From assembly GCA_040357565.1 (NCBI GenBank), contig JBDODJ010000083.1: a stretch of 47,138 nt of DNA; one strand, written 5' to 3'. Below the pieces are notes generated by a model that was given only the letters and a program-made list of their open reading frames with translations, had not been told where the DNA came from and ran no database searches. This DNA is from Cercozoa sp. M6MM. Taxonomy: Eukaryota > Protista > Endomyxa: Ascetosporea. The translations under genes and the position numbers were made by a program. Shown piece after piece: positions 37,156 through 47,138 of the stretch (its first letter is position 1; every line of letters starts with the position of its first letter).

Positions 37156-38122
37156 ATGACTGCGCAGTGAATTCAGTTTCTCATTGTTTTTTAGTTCGGG
37201 TTCCAAGGCATCGCGCCTTTTGCGAGAGTTGTACGGTGACGGTCAAACACGGCGTCTAAAATACAAGGCTCCAACGCCACGACGCGGGGAGAATTCTGTG
37301 TCGCCGAAACGTGAGCATGAGATTCGGCTCAAAGAGAAGCGAGATGCAGCAGCTAAGCGCATACAGGAAGCTCGGAAGCGCTTTCGCGCGCCACCTCCCT
37401 CACTCGCAGCTGCGAAGCGACGACTTCGATACGAGAAAGAAGCCCAAATGAATGCGCAAGAGCGAAAGATGCTCGCTTGGAGACGTGGAGCAACAAAAGC
37501 TAAACGCAGCAAGCACAGTATTCGTCGTTCCATCGCTCAAGATGAGCAGGTTCGACGACCACTTCCGCGCATGGTGAAAACAACTTGAAAAGTCATGTCT
37601 AACTGAGGTGACTGCATATTGGAACTTTAACGCAGGTACCAATCTCTCGGAAGAAGCAAATCGCGAGGTTCCAAGAGTCTCTCGTCGACAACGAGCCGTC
37701 CATGCCGGGACTGCCTCGAATGACTGGTCTCGCAGAGGACTCGCCGGTGGATGTCGAAGTTCTCAAAGAAGAGTTGGACTTGATCCAGGAGTACGAGAAA
37801 CTTGAGCTTGAAGACAAAGCAAGCGAAATCGGCAGTCGAAGCACTCACTCAGTTTCAGCTGTCGAAGCTGACATGGAGCGTGATATTCGGCAACTGCGCA
37901 ACGCTGTGGTTGAGGTACAACAAGCACATCACTCAGGTTGACCGCACTTTTCAGTGCACGCACGTTCTGGATTATTAGGAAATCGACGAGCGACACAAGT
38001 TCCTCCGAGACATGGCGCGTGTCGGCGAAAGCGATCCAGGCCTCGTGCAGCGCATCCGCGCCGAAATCAACTCACGCCTCAAAGAGCTCGAAGAACTCGA
38101 AGGCTTGTGCAAATCGAACTGA
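37156..38122 (+). CDS. UPF0193 family protein (EVG1/C22orf23-like)
   Basis: The spliced C-terminus AVVEEIDERHKFLRDMARVGESDPGLVQRIRAEINSRLKELEEL matches the UPF0193 motif EIxERxxFLxDM..G......I..EI..xLxExE. Confidence 0.75.
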
Positions 38123-38410
38123 AACCCGCCCGAGCTGCAGAAGCGTCTAGTACTTTTAAACTACAATAGTACGTCGGACTGTACATCGAGCCAGCACGTT
38201 CATCTTTGTTTTGGGAACGGTCAGTGGTTGATCGTTTTTCCGATGAGGTAGATTTTCAGTGGTTTGTGGAAGAATGTTCGAATTGGTCGTTTTTGATCGT
38301 TTGTTTCCGAGAAACCATCGTTCACTTCACGTCGTACCATTTAGGGCTCATTTATCTCTTCTTTCTTTCTTAACGCTCTTGCAGTGTCGCACTGGCCGCT
38401 CAAACAAACA

Positions 38411-39666
38411 ATGTCCGCTGATAAGGTGTGTTTTTGCGATTAGTATTTTATGATTGGGTGCGAGGACCGCGAAATTGTCTTGTGGTGCAGATCCGTGCCT
38501 GGGCCGCCTTTAACATGGCCGGCGAGTACAAGCAGTGGGAGTACGAAGCGCGTCCGCTTGGCAAGAAGGAGGTGCGCATCCAGATCGCCGGCTGCGGCAT
38601 CTGTGGCTCGGATGTGCACACGGCTCGCTGTGGCAACGACGGTCACTCTGACTGGGGCCAGACGACCTACCCGGGTAGCCTTTGGTCTTAATCTCTGTCG
38701 ACAATAACATTATTGATACCCGGAATAAATATTAATATCCATCCAGCATATTAATATATGTATAATATGAATATCTAGCATAAAATATGAATATCCAGCA
38801 TAAATATGAATATCCAGCATAAAATATGAATATCCAGCATACAATGTGCTATCTACCCGTTGTCCTTGCTCAGTTGTGGTGGGCCACGAGATCGTGGGTC
38901 GCGTGGTGGCCGCCGGCTCGGAGGTCACGGACCTGGCCGTGGGCGACAACGTTGGCGTCGGTGCACAGGTGAGCTCGTGCCAGGACTGCCCCAAGTGCGA
39001 GCAGGACCGCGATGCCTACTGCCCGAGTCGCGTCTTCACGTACAATGCTGAGTACCCGGCTAACCACGAGTCGGCCGGTCACATGGCCTACGGTGGCTAC
39101 GCTGACCAGGTGATTGTGCCGGCGGCCTACGCTTTCAAGATCCCCGAGGCCATTGACCCGCTGGAGGCGGCGCCGCTCTTTTGTGCCGGTGTCACGGTGG
39201 CCTCGCCGCTGTTCCACTGGTACTTTACCCCTGTCCCTTTATTCCCACCTTACACCCCTTTGTCCCCACATCTATACCCCTGTCCCCCTCCCGCAGGAAG
39301 GCGGGCACGGAGCGCAAGCGTGTCGGTGTCGTTGGCATCGGTGGTCTGGGCCACCTGGGCCTGCAGTTCGCTAAGGGTACATCAGTTCGTTTATACCTGT
39401 ATGTACTATACGGATACATATATATATATATTTATATATATAGCACTGGAGTGTGAGGTGACGGCCATTTCGAGATCCGAGGCCAAGAAGGAGCTGTGTC
39501 TGACGCAGCTCGGTGCCGACCACTTTGTCGCCATGGCCGACGAGGAGCAGGTCCAGAAGGCCACGGCCTCGCTGGACCTCATCCTGGTCACAGCCAATGG
39601 CGACAACATGGACTACTCGCCCTTCATGAACATGCTCGATACTGATGGGTACTCCCTCTGTATAAA

Positions 39667-39714
<48 letters not shown>

Positions 39715-39724
39715 NNNNNNNNNN

Positions 39725-39799
<75 letters not shown>

Positions 39800-40210
39800 T
39801 ATATATGTAGTATAATTTATTCACATCCATACTGTAGTGTCCTGGTGGTTCTCGGCATTCCGGACAATGTCATCGTGAATGCCAAGCCCTTCCAGCTCAT
39901 CGTCGAGCGTAAGAGCATCGCTGGATCGCTTATTGGCGGCCGTGCCGACATCCAGCGCATGGTAAAGCTCTTGGTCCTGTCCCATACTGGCAATTTACCT
40001 TGACTCCCCTCGCAGCTGCAGCTCGCTGCCGACAAGGGCGTCCGTCCGATCATTGAGAAGCGACCCATGGTAACCTTAAGTCCCCTTCTGTATTTACCTG
40101 AGAATGCCCTGGGTATGCAGTCGGAGGTCAACGCTGCCACGGAGCGCATGCATAACGGCAAGGCGCGCTTCCGCATCGTGCTCGAGAACGATTTTGCTGC
40201 CCAGAACTAA
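38411..40210 (+). CDS. NADP-dependent Zn alcohol dehydrogenase, cinnamyl-ADH/ADH6/YahK family
   Basis: Fully spliceable. Contains CGICGSDVH, GHEIVG, structural Zn CQDCPKC-x7-C, YGGYA, APLFCAGVT, Rossmann GIGGLGHLG, GSLIGG, and ends ARFRIVLENDFAAQN*. Confidence 0.95.
38735..38842. repeat. AT-rich ~20-bp intronic minisatellite (ATAAAATATGAATATCCAGC)x~5
   Basis: Directly visible in ADH intron 2. Confidence 0.85.
39668..39798. repeat. (CA)n intronic microsatellite with a 10-N gap
   Basis: Directly visible. Confidence 0.95.
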
Positions 40211-40700
40211 ATGCTTCTGCGATATGTATGATATTAACTGCACCTAACGATGCGATAACTCAAACCTCAAACAAATACGATACCTAGGACTCCAGCCAGC
40301 CAGCTTCAGTCAACTCCTTGCTCGTTCGATGACAGTCCTAGTCCAATGATGCGGTCAGAGCACTGCAATGCAAGTACAATAGTCGCACAGAGTCAAAACA
40401 AGAAGCCGCTGACGCTCCGGCGGATCGAAAATGATCCAGGAGACACTTTTTGGCTATCGATATTGTACAAGAAGCAGTTAGACGAACATGACGTTGCCCA
40501 CTGACACCTAGCATCTCTGCAGTCTGTACAATTGCTCTGTATGAGAGAAATCTTAGGTGGGCCTGAACCGTCGTTTAGTGCGCCTGCCCGCCAGACGACG
40601 GTTCGGGTTTTGGCGGGACGGGTCCACGCGCGCTCCACACATTTTGAGTTTGCAAGCCCAGATAGCCTCAGCGTCTCTCGCACTCACTCAGATCTCCTCG

Positions 40701-41369
40701 ATGCCTGAGCACAAGTTTCACGCGCAGTACAGCGCCAACGGTCGCGCTGGATGCAAGGTCAGTTTTCGTTTTTTTTCTGTCTGTGTCTGGCATGTGTTGT
40801 GTCTGCAGGACTCCAAATGCAAGCAGAAGATTGCCAAGGGCGCTCTTCGTCTTGCTCGTGAAGTGTACCCGTGTCCTATTGGAATTTGTGAGTTTAGCTT
40901 GGAAGAAGGATGTTGAACCTTGCAGTCCCAATCCGTTCGATGAGGACAATGAGGAGTCGACCATGATGAAGTGGTACCACGCGACCTGCTTCTTCCGCGC
41001 GCAGAAGCGTGTGCGCAAGGACACGCGCAAGCTTGAAAGCATGAGCGACTTTGAGGAAGAGCCGGAGATTGAGGACGAGGACAAGGAGCTTCTGAAGCGA
41101 CTCATTAAAGGCGAGATGCTTTGGGAAACTACCGACGCCACCGCCTTTCGCTCCATGAAGGTGCAGCTGCCTTTGTCTTTTTCTTCCCCTGGGCCAAACT
41201 CAAAACTCGAGGAAGTTGAACGAATCTTGCTGTGTTTTAGTTCTGTTAATCATTCTTGTGCTTTGATTCAACAGGAAACTCCGGAGCTGCTGGGCGCGGA
41301 GGAAGCCGACGAGGAGGCCGAAGTTGGCAAGAAGCGCACCAAGAAGCAGGTGCTGCTTAACTCTCTCTC

Positions 41370-41430
<61 letters not shown>

Positions 41431-42466
41431 TTTCTCAAGTTCCTTGTTTCGATTCAACGTGATCCGTGCAGACCGGCGGCGATGCCAAGCGTCGCAAGAC
41501 TTCTGAAGTGCCCTTGTGATTACAGACGTTGTCACGTTGCTTCCTAACGTGTGTGTGTGTGTGTGTTGACTAGGTCGAAGTGACTTCGCACGCTTTGGAT
41601 GGCGTCCGCGTTGCCCTGTCTGGCAAGGTACAGTGCTGTATATATATATATATATATATATGTATGCATTATATTGTGTTTTGGTAGGTGGAAGGCTACA
41701 CGCAGAAGGCGTTCGAGCAGCTGCTGCAGAGCGCTGGCGGCAGTCTGTCCAAGTCGGTCACGCGCACCTGCGTTGCGCTGGTGTCTTATCTTATATGTTT
41801 GTACATATACAGATACAACCATATATATATATATATATATGTATATCTGTTATATAAGATACAAGTGTGCAGGTGGTGGGCGACAAGGGCGAAGGCACGA
41901 CCAAGTACGAGAAGGCGAGTGAGATGGAGCTGCCGCTCGTGACACCCGAGTAGCCATTACCTTTATTTGTTGTGTGTTGATGGTTTCTAATGAGACTGTG
42001 CAGCTGGGCAATCGACTCGGTCAATGACAACGAGAAGAAGCCGTTTGAGGACTACACCTACGGCGGTGAGGCTGCTGCCGATGAGGAAGATGAGGAAGAG
42101 CAAGATGAAGAGGAACAGGAGGAGGAAGAAGAGGAGGAGGAGGAGAAGGTACCTGATAGATATGTACATATACATGTTCATTGCAAGTATTCTTTCTAAC
42201 ACAGTCTGCTGAGGAGGACGAGGACGAAGAAGAGACTGCTGGGGGCGATGCTGCTGTCGACTCCGATGTGCCCAAGGCTTCGACTTTCTCTGTCTACTCT
42301 GGTATGCTTTGTTTATCTTTTGCCCCCTACCCCTACCCTACACCTACTCTACCAGACGACGACTGCACCTGGCACGCCATGACGCAGCAGCCCACCAAGA
42401 ATGGACACAAGTACTACCTGCTGCAGCTGCTCAAGGCCAAGGTAGAACACACACACACACACACAA

Positions 42467-42550
<84 letters not shown>

Positions 42551-42845
42551 AGATATGGCGCCTGTGTGTATGCATGCCTTGTACGTAGGACGGCAAGTTC
42601 CACACCTTCTTCAAGTGGGGTGCTCTCGGCGGTCGCGTCAGTGGCACTACCTTCAAGGGTGCCATATGTCTACCTGCCTACCTACCTACCTACCTACCAT
42701 ACTATACCTTGTCCGCACAGAGCACAAGTCCGTCGACGAGGCCAAGAAGTTCTTCTGCAAGCAGTTCAAGTCCAAGACCAAGAACGAATGGCCAATCGAC
42801 AAGAGCGACTTTAAGGCCTACGCCAAGAAGTACGCACTCGTCTAG
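40701..42845 (+). CDS. PARP1-like protein: zf-PARP + BRCT + WGR, without regulatory or catalytic domain
   Basis: zf-PARP: QYSANGRAGCKDSKCKQKIAKGALRLA..PNPF..KWYHATCFF. BRCT: LDGVRVALSGK..LLQSAGGSLSKSVTRTCVALVVG..KYEKASEMELPLVTPDWAIDSV. Then an acidic linker and WGR: KYYLLQLL..FFKWGALG..AKKFFCKQFKSKTKNEW..FKAYAKKYALV* (TAG 42843-42845). Confidence 0.88.
41380..41428. repeat. (CT)n intronic microsatellite
   Basis: Directly visible. Confidence 0.95.
42447..42549. repeat. (CA)n intronic microsatellite
   Basis: Directly visible. Confidence 0.95.
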
Positions 42846-43087
42846 TCGCCCTCGTCTAGTCGCCTCAAACGGCCCAAACACCGATCGCACGGCGAATCTC
42901 ACTAGCCGCACAAGCACTGGCGTTAGCAGCTGTCTACTATATTTTGGCTGTTTAAAGCTCTAATCAGCCGCACCGCAAAAATACATTTTTTTAATCAGCC
43001 TGACCAAAACCAGTGCTCCTGGCAGGTTCGCTCTGTACGCTTTCTCGCCGCATCCACGCGTGTGCGCACGGTCGATAAGCTGCAATC

Positions 43088-46000
43088 ATGACGCCTGAAG
43101 AGGTATTAACTTCCCAATGTCTGTGACTTGTTTATCTTGTGTGAGCGCAGCAGCAGGATCTCGGAAAATACCGCACGCGTCTCGTTGCCATCGTGCGTGC
43201 GCATGGCGCTGGAAACTACAAAAAGGCCATGCGGGGTATATTTCACGTGGACGATTGATTTTGGTATTTGTGTAGCATTTGCAATGTTGTTTTTTGTGTT
43301 GACTGGCAGAGGCCGAATCGCTGCTTGAGAAGTTCCCGAAGAACGGCGAGGTCCTGGCTCTGAAGGGTGTCTTAGCTGTCTGTGTGCAACATTGTGGGGT
43401 GGTGTAAATTGTGTTTGTGGTAGGTCTGGTTTTGGCCAGTCGTGGCGGTCCCGGTTCAGACGGTATTTTGGATTTTGCCTGTTCGTGAGAGTACAGTCTT
43501 ACGTTTTGTCGGTACAGATGAGGTCGAGGGCTACCGTCTGGTGGACGAGGCGCTGACCTACAATGATAGCAGCGACGTGATCTGGCACGTGCAGGCCATG
43601 CGACTACGTGCTCAGGGTCTGCTTAAGGAGGCCGTTGCGGTACGTTTGGACTGTTTGGATAATACAATTGGACTGGGAAAATTGTACCCACCTGGACAGG
43701 CCTACAAGAAGTCCGTTGCTGTCAATGGCGAGAATGCTGACGTCATCCGTGACCTCGGCTACTCGCAGCTGCAGCTGCGCGACTTCAAGGGCTTCCTTGA
43801 GCAGTACTGTTGCTGTCGTTGCTGTTTTACCCCCCCCCCCCCGCCCCATTTACTCCTTTCACCCCCTGCAGACGTCGCCGTCTGCTGGCGCTCAACGCAG
43901 ACGTCAAAAGCAACTGGATCGCGCTGGCAGTTGCGCACTTTGCCGTAAGTTGTTTTCTTGGTATTCTTCTCGTGACCCTGACCTGACTGGACTGGACTGG
44001 ACTGAACTGAATTGCACTGGACTGGACTGGACTGAACTGAATTGCACTGGACTGGACCGTTGGTTGGACTGTGTAGGACAAGAAGTACGCCGACGCCGAG
44101 CGAGTGATCCTCGACTTTCTGTCGCAGCGCGACGCCGAACAGAAAAACCTCCGCGCGCAGTCCACCACCGCTGCTTCCGTGCGTTTCTCTAGCACCTGGG
44201 GGGGTAAAGGGGAGAGGAGCGTTTCTCTAGAAAATTGCGCGTTTCTCCAATCTAATTTCTCCCATCTCATCCAGAAAAATAAACTGTAGGGCCGACGAAG
44301 CCGCGCGAAAAAGATGGCGGCGCAGCGCGCTCGAATGGCCGCTGTTGTGGCTGCTGCGCGCCAGGTAGCTTCTTGAAGCCCGTCCATTGCCTCCTCTCTT
44401 ACCCCCTTCCCCTTTACTCAGCACGACACGCAACGTTCCGAGGTCGTTGTGTTCCGTCTCACGTGCGTGGCACACCAGGTGCGTTGTGTTCTTTGCCCCC
44501 TCCCTTTACTCCACTCTTACTCCCCATTACCTCCGGCGAGCAGAGGGACTGGACGCGACTGCTGAAGCTGTGCGACGAGTTCGCCGAGCAGGTGCACGAC
44601 GTTCCGGCTCTGCGCCGACTGCGCCTGCAGGGTCTCATTGCACTCAAGCGGTACACTTCTGCTGCGATGGACTATTTACTCTATGCACACTATATAGACT
44701 GTGCACTGTATAAACTGGACACTATATGAACTATAAACTATTGGCTGTACACTATATGGACTGTATATTATATGGACTGTGTGGACTGTACACTATATGA
44801 ACTGTACACTCTGGACGGTACAGGTGGCCGGCTGCGCGTGCTGTGTGTCTCGACATCCTGCGCGAGAACGGCGAGGACGTGGCGGCGCTCCGTGTGCTCG
44901 TAGCCATTGCTCGACAGGACGCCAAGCACGCGCTTGAGTTCCTCATGTACCTTCTGTTTTAAACCCTTTGCCCTCAACCAACTAGGTTTGTCATGTTTCT
45001 TTGTATGTCGTGTTATGGTTAAAGGGGCGAAGGACCGAGTGCGCACCTCACCAGTCGTCCCAACGGCATGCAGGTCTCCTGTGCCGCCGAACTCCGCGAT
45101 TTCGACTACGCCGACGTTGCTCCTGTACAGTTGACTACAATTGGACAAATGTACAAACTGGACGAGGTCACCCGCTGGACTCTTTTTGGGACAGGTGCTG
45201 GCCGAGGTGGAAGCCGTCAACCCACACGCCAAGGCGCCGAAGCGTTTCGCACTCGATGTACGTCGTTTCTAGTGCCTTCTGCCCTTCTGGAACGATCCAA
45301 ATGGACCAACAATATAGGCACGCTTCAAAGACGACGAGATGCCGCTGTTTGAGTCGATGCTCGAAGGTAGCTGTTCCAACTTGTCTCCTATTAATTTCAT
45401 GGAGTGCAAAAAATCAGAGTACCTGACGCCGCGTGTGATCAAGGGCGTTCCGTCTCTCTTCACCGACGTTCTGTCCTTCTACTTGGCTGGTACGTTCTCT
45501 CACCGACCCCGATCAAAGCACAATCCCCAAACCACACTGTTTGACTGACATGAACTGGTTCAAGCAGGCGAGACAAGCAAGCAGGCCGCTGTGCTTCGAG
45601 TGGCCGAAAAACTCCGCTCTCAGCAGCACGAATCGCCGCTAACGCAGGTGCCACTCTCTTTTTTTTGACTCGTGTAGTGTGCCAAAATCGTGTTAAGCAG
45701 GTCTGGGTGTCGCTCTTGCTGTCGCAACACTTTTGTGCGACGGGCGATTTTGACCGCGCGCACCAAGAAGTTGACTCGGTATTTCGGACAAATCGGACAA
45801 ATACAAGAAATACTGAAAAAATAAACTTGATCACATTGATACTTGGGAGGGTTTTGGTAGGCTCTGGAGGCACTACCGACATGTATCGAACTTCGAATGC
45901 ACAAGTCGCGCATTTTCAAGAAGCAGGGTGTGTAGAGTTTTTTTTTTTGCATTTTGCTGGAACTGTTTTTGCTTTTTGGCAGGCCAGTTCGTCGAGGCCT

Positions 46001-47138
46001 ACGAAGCGATGGAGCAGGCGCGACAGATGGACGAGCAGGATCGGTACAGAGAGTGATTTTGTCAAAATGAAGTGTGTTTTCTAACTTGGTTACTTTGTGA
46101 GCAGTTATGTCAACACGAAATGTGTGCGTGCTGCGTTGCGTGCCAACATGCCGGAGCGCGCGCTTGAGCTGGTACTTTAGCCCCCTCCCTTCCCCTACCC
46201 CCTTAATCTTTAGCCCCTTACCTTTACCCCTTAACCTTTACCCCCTTAACATTTACCCCCTACGTCCCCTTTACCCTCCCAGGTATCGCTGTTCCTGTCA
46301 AGCGACAAGGTCACACGCGACTGGCGCCTGCGCGAAATGGTTTTACCCCCCCCCCCCCCCNNNNNNNNNNNNNNNNNNNNNNNNNNNNNNNNNNNNNNNN
46401 NNNNNNNNNNNNNNNNNNNNNNNNNNNNNNNNNNNNNNNNNNNNNNNNNNNNNNNNNNNNTACCCCCCTGTGGGTAGAAACGACGGGCGCAGAGGCGGCT
46501 GCGGCGCTTCGCTGCGTTCGGATTTCGCTGGCGTGTTTCCACCGCTTCTGGGAGAACCAGCTCACTCTGGTGTGTTGTTGTTTTCTTGTTGTTTTCTTGT
46601 TGTTGTTGTTTTCTTGTTGTTGTTTCGAGGTTAGCGTTTCTCCCGGGTTGACCCGTTATTTTTATTGTTGTTGTTGACCCGTTATTTTTATTGTTGTTGT
46701 TGTTGTGGTAGTACGGCTACGGTGCGCGTATGCACACGGTGTCGTCGTGGCTGTCGGTAGCATCTTTACCCCCCCTTGCCCCCCGCCCCCTTACCCCCCC
46801 CCCTGGGCCCCCCCCCCTACCTCCCAGGTGATGACGGCGGGCGACCGACTGCGACAGCACCGGTTCTTTTTGCGCGGCGCTGCTGTGGCGTGCCGCTTGT
46901 TGTACGTTTGCCCTCCTTACCCCCTTACCCTCCTGTTTACCCCCCTGTTTACCACCCTCCCTGTAGCCTGCACCTGTCGAGGCAGGAGGTGCCGTTGCTG
47001 CTGTCGCAGGTGAGTCAGGAGGAAGGCGTGCCGAAGGAGTACTCCGTCAGTGTCGACTTTGGCGAGGAGGACGGTCAGTTCCGACTTGTGAGCGAAACTG
47101 CCGATGCCACTGAGAAACGCATGTCGCATGATGGTACC
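43088..47138 (+). CDS. NAA15: N-alpha-acetyltransferase auxiliary subunit NAA15/NAT1 (NatA), TPR protein; runs off the right edge
   Basis: NYKKAMREAESLLEKFPKNGEVLALKGLVL..SDVIWHV..ENADVIRDLGYSQLQLRDFKGFLE.RRRLL....SNWIALAVAH..KGVPSLF..LPTCIELRMHKSRIFKKQG..MEQARQMDEQDRYVNTKCVRAALRAN are all NAA15/NARP1 motifs. Confidence 0.92.
43975..44056. repeat. (ACTGG/ACTGA)n intronic repeat with a 30-bp higher-order duplication
   Basis: actggactggactggactgaactgaattgc occurs twice in tandem. Confidence 0.85.
44685..44815. repeat. Degenerate intronic repeat (ACACTATATG[G/A]ACTGT-like)
   Basis: Recurring cactatatggactgta and cactatatgaactgta units. Confidence 0.75.
46361..46460. other. Assembly gap (100 N) next to a poly-C tract in an NAA15 intron
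   Basis: Run of Ns. Confidence 0.99.

Noticed and set aside
38735-38842. Short direct-repeat arrays as possible CRISPR (also 2029-2102 and 19861-19945)
   Set aside because: There are no unique spacers and no cas genes, and all lie inside spliceosomal introns of a eukaryote.
40320-40510. Possible C/D-box snoRNAs in the ADH-PARP intergenic region
   Set aside because: Box C candidates are imperfect (ATGATGC, ATGATCC), and I see no convincing terminal stem or recognisable rRNA guide. An Infernal or snoscan run would be needed.
1-47138. Stop-codon reassignment or non-GT-AG introns as the reason ORFs are so fragmented
   Set aside because: Every region I could fully reconstruct splices in frame with GT-AG introns under the standard code, and TAA, TAG and TGA all serve as stops. 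Not every intron was checked.

Overview
Eukaryotic nuclear DNA, most likely a protist, with no prokaryotic features. The six-frame ORF track is mostly uninformative because genes are cut by many short GT-AG introns (typically about 45-70 nt), so I spliced the exons by hand. About 13 tightly packed genes were reconstructed: a TRF4/PAPD5-type poly(A) polymerase (partial, minus strand) head-to-head with WDR18/IPI3; a giant Cys-rich multi-pass membrane protein of about 13 kb; a single-pass membrane protein with an unusual cytoplasmic tail; a secreted Gly/Tyr-rich protein; a small basic protein; a SNAPC4-like multi-Myb protein; a large helical hypothetical protein; an OTUD3-like deubiquitinase; a secreted LRR+TSP1 protein; UPF0193/EVG1; a CAD/ADH6-type Zn alcohol dehydrogenase; a PARP1-like zf-BRCT-WGR protein with no catalytic domain; and NAA15 (partial). 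The most notable points are the catalytic-less PARP sensor protein, the orphan receptor architectures, extreme intron density with GTAC-dominated donors, and introns expanded by many different simple repeats. Gene models are manual and unverified by RNA data. CDS coordinates are start-to-stop spans including introns.
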